From the sequence record SRR22947727_410: a stretch of 37,291 nucleotides of DNA; one strand, 5' to 3'. This document shows, piece by piece, positions 19,562 to 29,644 of the stretch. Numbering within the stretch: the stretch's first letter is position 1; the number at the start of each line of letters is the position of its first letter. The notes under the pieces are model-generated. The model saw only the letters and a program-made list of their open reading frames with translations. It ran no database searches and was not told the DNA's origin. Made by a program: the position numbers and the translations under genes.

Positions 19562-20238
19562 GAGAAATTGTAATCGATACCGAAACAACAGGTTTAAGCT
19601 ATAAGACCGGTGATCGAGTTATAGAAGTTGGTTGTGTTGAGCTAATTAATCATGTTGCAACAAACAAATCACTTCAATTTTATTGCAAAGTAGATAAAGA
19701 AATTTCAGAGGGCGCTCAAAGAATTACAGGTATTACAAATAAATTTTTGAGTGATAAAAAATATTTTAGTGATCATTGTGATGAGTTCCTAAAATTTATC
19801 AGTAACGACCCACTAATTATACATAATGCTGATTTTGATGTTGGTTTTATAAATAATGAGTTATCACATTTAGGAAGGTCTAAACTTTCAAATCCAATTG
19901 TTGATACAGTTTCTCTAGCAAGGAAGGTTTTAAATACACGAGTTGCCAATTTAGATTACTTATGTAGAAGATTTAAAATAGATCTGTCTGAGAGAGATTT
20001 ACACGGCGCGCTTCTAGACTCAAGATTGTTGGCAGAGGTGTATTTGGAACTAAAGGGCGGAAAACAGTTTTCTATGAACCTTGCAAAAAATAATCAAGAA
20101 ATCAACAAAACAAGCAATAACAAAACAAATAATCAAAAAAATATTAAAAAGTTTACACCCTTAAAAGAAGATGTTGAGCTTCATAGAATGATGGTTAGTG
20201 AAATAAAACAACCAGTTTGGAAGAAATATAACTATTAA
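19558..20238 (+). CDS. dnaQ: DNA polymerase III epsilon subunit
   Basis: IDTETTG, HNADFD, HGALLD exonuclease motifs. Confidence 0.97.
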   Translation: MREIVIDTETTGLSYKTGDRVIEVGCVELINHVATNKSLQFYCKVDKEISEGAQRITGITNKFLSDKKYFSDHCDEFLKFISNDPLIIHNADFDVGFINNELSHLGRSKLSNPIVDTVSLARKVLNTRVANLDYLCRRFKIDLSERDLHGALLDSRLLAEVYLELKGGKQFSMNLAKNNQEINKTSNNKTNNQKNIKKFTPLKEDVELHRMMVSEIKQPVWKKYNY

Positions 20239-20267
20239 AATACAAAAAAGTAATTATATGATAATTA

Positions 20268-20855
20268 ATGGTTTACGGAGATTTGCAATTTTTTGATATT
20301 ATTATTTTTGCTGCAATAGCTGTTTTTATAATTTATCGACTTAGGAGTGTGCTTGGAAAAAGAACGGGTTTTCAAAAAAAACAAGTCGACAAACAGTTTG
20401 TAAAAAAACAACCCACACAAGAAAAAGAAGAAATCAAAACACCTCAATTAAGAGAAAGTGAGCAGAAACTTGAAAATGTGTATAAAGCAATACCATCTTT
20501 TGAGCATAGGGCTTTCTTAGAAGGTGCGAAAAAAGCTTTTGAAATTATTATTACAGCTTTCAACAAAGGGGACAAGGCTACTTTAAAAAACCTGGTTTCA
20601 AAAGACGTATATAAAGCTTTCGAAGGCGCAATTAATGATGGCTCAAATAACCCCAATTCCCAATTTTATTCTTTAGTAATTGATGGCATCAATGATGCAA
20701 AAGTCGAAAATGGAAAAATAATTATAGGTGTAAATTTTATAAGTGAGCAAATTTTAAGCGATAATGAAGAAGATATAGTAAAAAATAAGGATACATGGGT
20801 CTTTGAAAAACCAGAAAATTCAAATGGACCAGCCTGGACTCTTGTTTCAACTTAA
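20268..20855 (+). CDS. Tim44/TimA family membrane-anchored protein
   Basis: DIIIFAAIAVFIIYRLRSVLGKRTG anchor, FLEGAKKAFEIIITAF, DTWVF...WTLVST. Confidence 0.9.
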   Translation: MVYGDLQFFDIIIFAAIAVFIIYRLRSVLGKRTGFQKKQVDKQFVKKQPTQEKEEIKTPQLRESEQKLENVYKAIPSFEHRAFLEGAKKAFEIIITAFNKGDKATLKNLVSKDVYKAFEGAINDGSNNPNSQFYSLVIDGINDAKVENGKIIIGVNFISEQILSDNEEDIVKNKDTWVFEKPENSNGPAWTLVST

Positions 20856-20860
20856 AAAAT

Positions 20861-21292
20861 TTGGAATTTTATAATTTAAAAAAAAGAATTAAATCAAACG
20901 AAGGTTTTTCTTCCAAACCCTATAAAGATCAGTTGGGATATTTAACAATTGGTTATGGTCATTTAATTTTATCAAATGAAAATATTTTATTAAAAAAAAA
21001 AATAAACAAAAAAGAACTTGAGGAAATATTTGAAAAAGATTTTAAGAAAGCACTGCATAACTTTAATAACAAATTAAAATTCCATACTTCAAATAAAAAA
21101 GAAGCCGAGCTCTTAATTGAAATGATTTTTCAACTTGGAATAAAAGGTTGCCTTAAATTTAACAATCTTTTAAAAAATCTGAGAAAAGGCAACACATACC
21201 TTGTTTGCTTTGAAATGATGGATAGTCTTTGGTATAAACAAACACCCGACAGGGTAAAAACTTTGATTAAAAATTTTTTAAACAATGAATAA
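20861..21292 (+). CDS. T4-lysozyme-like muramidase (GH24)
   Basis: [27 protein letters not shown] with E14-x8-D23-x5-T29; [20 protein letters not shown]; TTG start, no signal peptide. Confidence 0.88.
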   Translation: [143 protein letters not shown]

Positions 21293-21827
21293 CAGTGATG
21301 ATTTTTTTTTAAATAAAATGAAGGGTGTGAGCCCAATAAAAAAAAATAATAGAATAAAAAAAGAAGTTTCTAAAACAAACTATAAATCTTTAAAAAAAAA
21401 AATAGTAAAACATAAAAAGGTTATAAATCCAAATGTAAGTAAAGTAAAAAAAAACAGTGAGTTTCTTTTAGAAAAAATAGATTTAAAAAAAGGGATTAAA
21501 AAAGGTTCTTTTCATATAGATAAAAAAATAGACTTTCACGGTAAGTCACTCCTAGAGTCTGAAGAGCAGTTTAATAATACCATTCATGAGAGTTTTAGTA
21601 GCGGACAAAGGTGTTTATTATTTGTAACAGGAAAAGGCCTTTTTAAATCAAAAAATTATGATGAAAGTGACAAACCAAAACTATATCACGGTATAATTAG
21701 AACTGCTTTTGTTGAATGGGCAAGGTCAAAAAAATTTTCTAAATATATTCTTTCATTTGAACAAGCCTCGATAGAACACGGTGGAGCCGGGGCTTTTTAT
21801 ATTTACCTAAGAAAAAATAAAATCTAG
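21285..21827 (+). CDS. Stand-alone Smr domain protein
   Basis: IDFHG, FVTGKG, HGGAGAFYIYLRK; N-terminal FLNKMKGVSPIKK. Confidence 0.92.
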   Translation: MNNSDDFFLNKMKGVSPIKKNNRIKKEVSKTNYKSLKKKIVKHKKVINPNVSKVKKNSEFLLEKIDLKKGIKKGSFHIDKKIDFHGKSLLESEEQFNNTIHESFSSGQRCLLFVTGKGLFKSKNYDESDKPKLYHGIIRTAFVEWARSKKFSKYILSFEQASIEHGGAGAFYIYLRKNKI

Positions 21828-22495
21828 TTTTGTTCTAACTTAAAAACCCTTCCATCAAAGTGAATATTTATTTTTACTGGGAGCAAAACTCCATTTTTTT
21901 TTTCAAAACTGATTTGTTCAAACTTACTTTTTTTATGATCAGCCCACAGATTAGAGTAGTTAGAAATATTTATTACAGTTTTATTTTCTTTTTTATTAAA
22001 TTTCGCGTTCATGGTGTATGTTCTTCTCCCATCAATTACTAAAGAGTTATTTTCGCCCATTATAATTTCTAGAAAAGAACTAAGCGGATCTTTCGTTTGT
22101 TTGATATTGAATACATCTATCCTTAATTTTTCTTTTTCATAAGGTGTTTGATTTAACGATCTAAGCATATTGTTTTCAAAACTAAGCTTCATGTTCTTTT
22201 CAGTTTTATTTGTTTTCCAAACATGATTGTAGCTGTGTGGTTTTAGTTTGTTGTTTTCAACTATGCCTTTTGAAAAATAATCACCCTCAAACGTATAAAT
22301 TGCAGATAAGAGCCCTTTACTTTTTAACCTTATATCGTTCGAAAAATTATCCTTATCAATTTCTAGTTTCCAAACCAACTCACCTATTTTAAACCCAGAA
22401 ACTTTTATAGAAAATTTTTTGTAAAAACTCTCGGCATACACAGGGCTGCTTATAAAAAATAAAAGAATAAAAAAATTATTTAAAATAAATCTCAT
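21824..22495 (-). CDS. Exported protein, DUF3108-like
   Basis: Signal peptide ending VYA; GFKIG, DPLSSF, DGRRTY motifs. Confidence 0.6.
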   Translation of the reverse strand: MRFILNNFFILLFFISSPVYAESFYKKFSIKVSGFKIGELVWKLEIDKDNFSNDIRLKSKGLLSAIYTFEGDYFSKGIVENNKLKPHSYNHVWKTNKTEKNMKLSFENNMLRSLNQTPYEKEKLRIDVFNIKQTKDPLSSFLEIIMGENNSLVIDGRRTYTMNAKFNKKENKTVINISNYSNLWADHKKSKFEQISFEKKNGVLLPVKINIHFDGRVFKLEQN

Positions 22496-23858
22496 ATAAT
22501 TTTATAGGCTCAGAACTAAATGGAACATCAAACTCTTTTATTAATGTACTTTTTTTCTTATGCGATAAGTAAGAGATATTACTTATGTCGCCAATAAGAA
22601 AAAAATCATTTTTTCTATCAATGTTTAATGCTGAGCTCATTTGAAAATGATTTGTTATCGAAGCACCTGTTTCGTACGGCATTAAAATTGAATTTTCTTT
22701 GTTGCGAAATTGATATGCAATGTTTGAGAAAATAATACGATCAGAGACAACAATGTCTTGTTCTTTAACTATTTCAGAAAGGTTGTTAGAAAATTTCTCC
22801 ACACCTGTTATTCTGTCAAAAACTTTATTATCTGACGTATTTAAAATAGAAAAAAACAATAAAAACGCAATTAGATAATTAAAAATAAAATTTATTTTTA
22901 AAAGAGAGCTTTTGTTCACCAATCTAAATAAAAATATAAAAATAGAAATAAGCGCTGGAGCAGCCCAGTTAGCATTAGCTCTTACAAGAAAACTTTCTAC
23001 CAAGACAATTAAGATTATTGGTAAAGCAAATATTAATAGAAACTTATTTTCATAATCTAAGCGAAAACTTTTGAGAAAAAAAATAAAAAAAATAAATAAT
23101 AAAGGTCCTACCATTAATATCTGTGACCCTAAAAATTTTGCTGGCTCATAAAGGTTTAGGTTTAAATTTTGTAAATTTGCATTATCTGATGTGTGAGAAA
23201 AGGTTATCCACCCATTATTAAAGTTCCATAAAATATTAGGCAACAAAACCACAATAAAAGACAATAAAAAAACTAAAACACCAAAAGGGTTGTTTTTAAA
23301 ACTTTTCAAGCTTGTTTTGTCTAAAAACAATAATAGTAAAAGGCTTAATAAAAAATAAATAGCAGCATATTTTGCCAGAAATCCTAGGCCCAAAACTAAA
23401 CCTAATAAAAAAAAATTTATGGTAAGGTTGGTTTTTATTACTTTTAAAAGCAGATTCATTGATATTGCCCAAAATAATAAAAGCAATAAATCTGTTGATA
23501 TTAAAAAAGAAGACAGACTAGCCGCAGGAATAATTAAAAAACTTAAAGCACATACCTTTGCTTTTTTCTTATCAAACGATAAATTTAAGCAAAGCTTATA
23601 AATCGCATATGAAATAAAAAAATAAATAACAATAGGGAATGTTTTTAAGGAAACAAAAGAATCACCAAATAAAATAGAATAACCATTTAAAAACCAAGCA
23701 AGTAAAGGGGGTTTGGAATAATATCCTAAGTCAAGAGTTTGTGACCACAACCAGTATTGAGCTTCATCACCATAAAGACTAAATTCTGTTAAATAAATAG
23801 CTGTAATTTTAAAAACTATAAGAAAAAAGATTGCTAAACCTAACATTTTATTTGTCAT
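22476..23858 (-). CDS. ArnT/PMT (GT-C fold) membrane glycosyltransferase
   Basis: DEAQYWLWS, GYYSKPPLLAW, STD, LAKY, PNILWN, NWAAP; many TM helices; start uncertain. Confidence 0.88.
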   Translation of the reverse strand: MTNKMLGLAIFFLIVFKITAIYLTEFSLYGDEAQYWLWSQTLDLGYYSKPPLLAWFLNGYSILFGDSFVSLKTFPIVIYFFISYAIYKLCLNLSFDKKKAKVCALSFLIIPAASLSSFLISTDLLLLLFWAISMNLLLKVIKTNLTINFFLLGLVLGLGFLAKYAAIYFLLSLLLLLFLDKTSLKSFKNNPFGVLVFLLSFIVVLLPNILWNFNNGWITFSHTSDNANLQNLNLNLYEPAKFLGSQILMVGPLLFIFFIFFLKSFRLDYENKFLLIFALPIILIVLVESFLVRANANWAAPALISIFIFLFRLVNKSSLLKINFIFNYLIAFLLFFSILNTSDNKVFDRITGVEKFSNNLSEIVKEQDIVVSDRIIFSNIAYQFRNKENSILMPYETGASITNHFQMSSALNIDRKNDFFLIGDISNISYLSHKKKSTLIKEFDVPFSSEPIKLYEIYFK

Positions 23859-25182
23859 AAAATTTTTTATATAAAACAAAAGACACTAAGATTGTAGCAG
23901 TTACTATTATTTGAGAAAAAATTATATCGCTAAAAAAATGTCCCCCTGCAGCAATTCTTATAAAACCTAATAACGAACCTAAAATTAACCCCAGATAAAG
24001 ATATGCATTTTTATTTGTTATAAAATAAAAGACAATTAGTAAGAATCCTACAGAAGAATCACCAGACACAAACGAGCAATTTGAGGAACATGCATCACTA
24101 ATTTTATACCATGGTGTAAAATCTTGTAAACCATTAAAATATGAAACATCATTAGGTCTTGCTCTGCCCCACATGTTTTTTAGCACAACATTCACAACTA
24201 ACAACATTGTAACTGTTCCAGAAACCCAAACATAAACAATCTCTGATAGTGAAAACTTATAACCAAAATAAATTTTTTGTAATGGCAAAAAGCGTAAAAA
24301 CAAAGGAAGAACAAAAATATATATTAATAGAGACGGAAGTAGAATTTTTCTAAAAAGAATTGAAACAGGATAATAGTTTTGAATCAAGAATTGTTTATCT
24401 CCATAGTAAAAAAGACTACTTATATAAAGATCTATTGAGGGACCAGTTGTTACAAATGCGGCTAATATAAAAAAAATAATTAACACACTTGTTTCCATTG
24501 GGATTTTTGAAATCTTTAAATTTCCCCAGTAGATGTTTGGATAATTAATCTTAATAAAATAATCAAACATTTTATAAGCACTAATTGCAATTATCACACC
24601 CCCAATAACATCAGTTAAAAAATGTGCCCCAACAACAACCCTGCTTAAAGCTATTAAAAAACCAAAAAAATAAAAAAAATATCTTAAGTTTGGAATAGAC
24701 AATGCCATAATTATGGCAATTGCTATAATTGTTGAGGAATGACCTGATGGAAAAGAGTGGAAAGATGATTCAGTAGAAAAAAAATTAAACTCAAAACTAC
24801 CATCTAATTGAGCATGGTTTGGTCTTGGTCTTCCTACTAGGTGCTTAATTATTTGGGTAATTAGACCAACAAGAAGTAAATATGAAAAACTAAAAACACT
24901 AAATTTTTTTAAATAAAGATACTTTTCTTTACCTATTTTATTTAACTTTTTTAATAAATAAGAAGAAAAGAAAAGAAGAGTAAAAAATAAAAAATACCAC
25001 AATGAGTCACCTAAATCAGTTATTCTAATAAAAAAATCTTTTAGATATACTGAACCAATTCCATAATTAAATTTTGTGAAAAGGCTGTTAACCCAAAGAT
25101 CAAAATTGTTAGTAAATAAAATAGATGTTAGTAAAAGAATAAATAAACTAAACTCAATGTGTATTTTTTTAATCACAAACAA
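23848..25182 (-). CDS. Tandem two-domain PAP2 family membrane phosphatase (lipid A / lipid-phosphate phosphatase-like)
   Basis: Domain 1 KHLVGRPRP / FPSGH / SRVVVGAHFLTD; domain 2 KNMWGRARP / FVSGD / IRIAAGGHFFSD. Confidence 0.85.
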   Translation of the reverse strand: MFVIKKIHIEFSLFILLLTSILFTNNFDLWVNSLFTKFNYGIGSVYLKDFFIRITDLGDSLWYFLFFTLLFFSSYLLKKLNKIGKEKYLYLKKFSVFSFSYLLLVGLITQIIKHLVGRPRPNHAQLDGSFEFNFFSTESSFHSFPSGHSSTIIAIAIIMALSIPNLRYFFYFFGFLIALSRVVVGAHFLTDVIGGVIIAISAYKMFDYFIKINYPNIYWGNLKISKIPMETSVLIIFFILAAFVTTGPSIDLYISSLFYYGDKQFLIQNYYPVSILFRKILLPSLLIYIFVLPLFLRFLPLQKIYFGYKFSLSEIVYVWVSGTVTMLLVVNVVLKNMWGRARPNDVSYFNGLQDFTPWYKISDACSSNCSFVSGDSSVGFLLIVFYFITNKNAYLYLGLILGSLLGFIRIAAGGHFFSDIIFSQIIVTATILVSFVLYKKFYDK

Positions 25183-25214
25183 TCGTTAGGTAAGGTTGAT
25201 ATTAAAATCAATCT

Positions 25215-26528
25215 TTAAAGTATGAATTTAGATAGGTCCTGACTTTTTATTAAATCAACTAGGTTTTTTTCAACAAAATTTTTATTTATTGTTATTTTTG
25301 TTGGACCAATATCAGAAGCATTGAAACTTACCTCTTCCAAAAGCTTTTCCATGATTGTGTGTAATCGTCTAGCCCCTATATTTTCAACATTTTGGTTTAT
25401 TTCAGTGGCTAAAGAAGCAATTGAATCAATACCATCTTCTTCAAACTCTAATTCTACTTTTTCAGTACCAAGTAGACCAACGTATTGTTTGATAAGGCTA
25501 TTTTGTGTTTCAGTTAGAATAAGTTTAAAATCATCTTTTGATAAACTCTCAAGCTCAACACGTATAGGAAGTCTTCCCTGAAGTTCAGGTAACATATCTG
25601 ATGGTTTTGATAAATGAAAGGCGCCAGAAGCAATGAATAAAATATAATCAGTTTTTACTACACCATGTTTTGTGGATACCGCCGTTCCCTCTATAAGAGG
25701 TAATAAATCTCTCTGAACACCCTCTCTAGATACATCAGCCCCACTTCTTTCACTTCTAGAAGTTATCTTATCAATCTCATCTATGAACACTATTCCATTT
25801 TGTTCAACATCTTCTAAAGCCCTAGAATTAATCTTATCTTGATCTAACAATTTTTCCGTTTCTTCTTGAAGAAGATAATCATGAGATTCAATAACTGTCA
25901 TCTTTTTCATTTTTTTTTGTTTGCCAAAGTTTTTACCAAACATATCTCCAAGGTTTATCATTCCCATTTGTGAGCCTGGCATACCTGGTATATCCATGGT
26001 TGGTAAATTCATTGCTGAGTTTGCTGCAACAGGAATTTCAACCTCTTTATCATTTAGCTCACCACTACGAAGCTTTTGTCTAAAACTATCTCTTGTTGAT
26101 TCACTTGAGGTTTTCGAGACAAGTATGTCTAAAATCTTTTCTTCTGCATTTTTCTCTGCTTTAGCCTTTACCTCTTTACCCATCTTTTCTTTTGTGGTGT
26201 TGATGCTAATTTCGACTAAATCTCTAATAATTTGTTCGACATCTCTTCCAACATATCCCACTTCAGTAAATTTAGTCGCTTCTACTTTAACAAAAGGAGC
26301 TTCGGCTAATTTTGCAAGACGACGTGATATTTCAGTTTTACCACATCCAGTTGGCCCAACCATTAGAATGTTCTTAGGAACTATTTCATCTCTTAATGAT
26401 TGATCTAATTGTTTTCTTCGCCACCTATTTCTTAAAGCTACTGACACAGCTCTTTTTGCATTTTTTTGACCAATAATAAACTTGTCTAGTTCAGAGACTG
26501 TTTCTCTTGGGCTAAAGTTAGACTCCAT
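25215..26528 (-). CDS. hslU: ATP-dependent protease ATPase subunit
   Basis: [48 protein letters not shown]. Confidence 0.99.
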   Translation of the reverse strand: MESNFSPRETVSELDKFIIGQKNAKRAVSVALRNRWRRKQLDQSLRDEIVPKNILMVGPTGCGKTEISRRLAKLAEAPFVKVEATKFTEVGYVGRDVEQIIRDLVEISINTTKEKMGKEVKAKAEKNAEEKILDILVSKTSSESTRDSFRQKLRSGELNDKEVEIPVAANSAMNLPTMDIPGMPGSQMGMINLGDMFGKNFGKQKKMKKMTVIESHDYLLQEETEKLLDQDKINSRALEDVEQNGIVFIDEIDKITSRSERSGADVSREGVQRDLLPLIEGTAVSTKHGVVKTDYILFIASGAFHLSKPSDMLPELQGRLPIRVELESLSKDDFKLILTETQNSLIKQYVGLLGTEKVELEFEEDGIDSIASLATEINQNVENIGARRLHTIMEKLLEEVSFNASDIGPTKITINKNFVEKNLVDLIKSQDLSKFIL

Positions 26529-27055
26529 TATAGCTCAATTGTCTCTGATATAATGTTATGATTGGTATAAATACATATATCTGCAGCAATATTTAAAGAC
26601 TCAATAGCTATATCTTTCGCGTTCATTTCAGTATTTTTTAAAAGAGCTTTTGCAGCACTGTTAGCAAACGGACCACCTGATCCAATAGCCAAAATACCAT
26701 CATCAGATTCAATCACATCACCGGTTCCAGATAGCAACAAACTAACATCTTTGTTTGCGACAATCATCATTGCTTCCAACCTTCTAAGATACCTATCGGT
26801 TCTCCAATCTTTTGCAAGCTCTACACACGCTCGCATTAACTGATTTTTATATTGATCAAGTTTGGACTCTAGTCTTTCAAATAAAGCAAATGCATCGGCT
26901 GTGGATCCAGCAAAACCTGAAATAACAGAGTCGTCTTGACCTAATCTTCTTATTTTTTTAACATTTGGCTTCATTACAGTATTTCCAAAGCTGGCTTGGC
27001 CATCACCTGCGATAACTACTAAATTATTTTTTCTAATTCCTACAATAGTTGTCAT
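26528..27055 (-). CDS. hslV: ATP-dependent protease peptidase subunit
   Basis: MTTIV N-terminal Thr, [26 protein letters not shown]. Confidence 0.99.
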   Translation of the reverse strand: MTTIVGIRKNNLVVIAGDGQASFGNTVMKPNVKKIRRLGQDDSVISGFAGSTADAFALFERLESKLDQYKNQLMRACVELAKDWRTDRYLRRLEAMMIVANKDVSLLLSGTGDVIESDDGILAIGSGGPFANSAAKALLKNTEMNAKDIAIESLNIAADICIYTNHNIISETIEL

Positions 27056-27084
27056 TTTAATATTTTTTTGTTTTATTAATTTAA

Positions 27085-27112
27085 AAATGGCTACTTAATT
27101 CTTTTAATCAAG
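27085..27112 (-). promoter_or_regulatory. Putative RpoH (sigma32) promoter of hslVU
   Basis: Minus strand CTTGAT-N15-GCCATTT, about 30 nt upstream of hslV ATG. Confidence 0.6.
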
Positions 27113-27158
27113 TGATTTGGCTAGAATATTTTAAATATCACTGATATTAGGCGTTTTT

Positions 27159-27746
27159 ATGAGAAAAGTAAAAGTAAACAGAAAGACCAAAGAAACAGAT
27201 ATCTCATGTGAAATTAACATAGATGGTAAAGGTCAAAATGAAATTTCTACAGGCATAGGTTTCTTTGATCATATGTTAGAAGTTTTTTCCCACCACAGTC
27301 TTATTGATTTAAGACTTAAGGCTGATGGTGATACTCATGTAGATTTTCATCACACCGTTGAAGATACCGCATATGTTCTTGCAGAAGCAATTACTCAAGC
27401 TATTGGAGAAAAAAAAGGAATTAATAGATATGGTTTTTTTTATATACCGATGGATGAAAGTTTGTCTCGAACAGTAATTGATTTTTCTGGTAGACCAGAA
27501 TTTGTTTGGAAGGTCAATCTTGGTCTAAAAAAAATAGGTGAAATGGATACAGAGCTTTTTCATGAATTTTTTAAAGCTTTTTGCAATGAATCTAAATGTA
27601 ATTTACATATTGAAAGCTTTTATGGAGAAAATAACCATCACATAATAGAGTCCTGTTTTAAATCGTTTGCAAGAAGCATAAAACAGGCACTTACTGTTGA
27701 TGAAAGAATTAAAAATATAATACCGTCTTCAAAAGGCACACTATAA
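27159..27746 (+). CDS. hisB: Imidazoleglycerol-phosphate dehydratase
   Basis: RKTKETDI, TGIGFFDHML, HHTVED, NNHHIIE. Confidence 0.98.
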   Translation: MRKVKVNRKTKETDISCEINIDGKGQNEISTGIGFFDHMLEVFSHHSLIDLRLKADGDTHVDFHHTVEDTAYVLAEAITQAIGEKKGINRYGFFYIPMDESLSRTVIDFSGRPEFVWKVNLGLKKIGEMDTELFHEFFKAFCNESKCNLHIESFYGENNHHIIESCFKSFARSIKQALTVDERIKNIIPSSKGTL

Positions 27747-27750
27747 ATTA

Positions 27751-28380
27751 ATGAAAAAAAACATAACCATAATTGACTATGGTTCTGGAAATATTTTGTC
27801 TGCAAAGCAATCATTTGCGAGAGTAATAAACAAAGAAAACATTGATGCAGATGTTTGTATTTCTGGCAATCCAGAAAAAATAAAAAACTCAACCCACATT
27901 GTGCTTCCTGGACAAGGGGCCTTTGAAACATGCATCAATGGACTTAAAAAAATCCCAGGAATGATTGATGAGCTTAATAATTTTGTAGTTGCTAAAAAGA
28001 AACCATTTTTTGGTATTTGTGTTGGGATGCAGCTCCTTGCAAACAATAGCTTAGAAAATGGAGACCACAAGGGATTAGGTTGGATTGACGGAACTATAGA
28101 AAAACTTCCCAGCGAGAACCTTAAAATGCCACATATGGGCTGGAATTCCATAAGGGTATTAAATAAAAACTTTAAAATTAACCCCAGAGAAACTGACTAT
28201 TATTTTGTTCATAGTTACTATTTTAACTGTAAAAACAAAGAAAATATTTTGGCAGAAGCAAATTATGGAATAAGTTTTCCTTCTATTGTTAATAAAGAAA
28301 ATATATATGGCTTTCAATTCCATCCTGAAAAAAGCACTGATCAAGGATTAGATATAATTAAAAGTTTTATAAAATTATGA
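27751..28380 (+). CDS. hisH: Imidazole glycerol phosphate synthase, glutaminase subunit
   Basis: IDYGSGN, LPGQG, GICVGMQ, PHMGWN, QFHPEKS. Confidence 0.98.
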   Translation: MKKNITIIDYGSGNILSAKQSFARVINKENIDADVCISGNPEKIKNSTHIVLPGQGAFETCINGLKKIPGMIDELNNFVVAKKKPFFGICVGMQLLANNSLENGDHKGLGWIDGTIEKLPSENLKMPHMGWNSIRVLNKNFKINPRETDYYFVHSYYFNCKNKENILAEANYGISFPSIVNKENIYGFQFHPEKSTDQGLDIIKSFIKL

Positions 28381-28913
28381 ACAGTCTAGCAAAAGAAAAT
28401 ATGAATATAGCTGTTGAAAGTTTGAAAAAAATTTCTGATACAGATCTTGCAGATCTTTGTAATATTACAGAGCAAGCTATTAGAGCTGGAGGGGGCTTTG
28501 GTTGGTTAACAATACCTCCTATAGAAACCCTAAAAAAATATTGGAATGGGTTAATTTTAATCAAATCTAATATTTTGATTGTTGGGAGATTAAACGGCAC
28601 AATTGCTGGCGCTTCACAAATATCATTTTATCCCACAAACAATGAGGCTCAAAAAAATATTTCTAAAATACAATCACATTTTGTTGCACCTTGGGCCAGA
28701 GGATACGGATTGGCAAAAGCAATGATAGATATGGCTTTAGAAATATCAAAAGAGAATAATAAAAAAAGTATTCAATTAGATATTAGAGAGACTCAGTCAG
28801 CCGCTATTCAGCTTTTTGAAAACAAAGGCTTTTCTAAGTGGGGAGAAAATCCATCATATGCTTTTATTAACGGAACAAGAATAAAAGGTTATTATTATTT
28901 TAAAGATTTATAG
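28377..28913 (+). CDS. GNAT family N-acetyltransferase
   Basis: FVAPWARGYGLA acetyl-CoA motif A; AIQLFENKGF motif B. Confidence 0.85.
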   Translation: MNSLAKENMNIAVESLKKISDTDLADLCNITEQAIRAGGGFGWLTIPPIETLKKYWNGLILIKSNILIVGRLNGTIAGASQISFYPTNNEAQKNISKIQSHFVAPWARGYGLAKAMIDMALEISKENNKKSIQLDIRETQSAAIQLFENKGFSKWGENPSYAFINGTRIKGYYYFKDL

Positions 28914-29644
28914 TGAAAATTTTTCCAGCAATTGATCTTAAAGAAAATAAATGTGTAAGACTCAGCAAAGGTGAGGACAGCACAAGTGTTGTATTTAATG
29001 CAAACCCAGTTGATCAAGCAAAGTATTTTGAAGATCAAGGTTGTTCAAGATTACATCTTGTCGATCTTGACTCAGCTTTTGGAAGAAATGATATAAACAA
29101 TAAGACAATTCATAATATTAGAAATGCTATATCAATACCCATTCAAATTGGGGGAGGAATACGTTCTGAAAATATTGCTAAAAGTTATTTTAATTTAGGA
29201 GCTGATTTTTTAATTATCGGATCTTACTCGGTTAGTAATAGTCAAGAAGTTAAAAATTTAGCAGAAAATTTTAAACACAAAATCTATGTTGCCCTCGATG
29301 TTTTAAACAACAAAATCATGATTAAGGGGTGGGTTGAGGAAAGTGACTTTACACCAGAAAAGATTTTTCAAACATATGATGAGTCCAACATAAGAGGTTA
29401 TGTCCTTACCGATATTGAAAAGGATGGAATGCTTACAGGGTTAAATCAGAGGATGATTTTAGCTAATGTGTTCTTAACACACAAAAAACTTATTGTTGGG
29501 GGCGGTTTAAAGAATAATTTAGATTTAGAGCAATTGAGAAAAATAAAATCTAATAATCTTGAAGGCGTTATAGCGGGTAAATCTTTTTATGTGGGAAATA
29601 TTGACTTAAAAGAAGCACAAAAAATATTGGATGGAAATGCTTAA
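28913..29644 (+). CDS. hisA: ProFAR isomerase
   Basis: IFPAIDL, CVRL, LHLVDLD, IGGGIR, TDIEKDG. Confidence 0.97.
   Translation: MKIFPAIDLKENKCVRLSKGEDSTSVVFNANPVDQAKYFEDQGCSRLHLVDLDSAFGRNDINNKTIHNIRNAISIPIQIGGGIRSENIAKSYFNLGADFLIIGSYSVSNSQEVKNLAENFKHKIYVALDVLNNKIMIKGWVEESDFTPEKIFQTYDESNIRGYVLTDIEKDGMLTGLNQRMILANVFLTHKKLIVGGGLKNNLDLEQLRKIKSNNLEGVIAGKSFYVGNIDLKEAQKILDGNA

Noticed and set aside
20861-21292. Prophage around the lysozyme
   Set aside because: No integrase, holin, structural genes, att repeats or compositional shift; flanks are core genes
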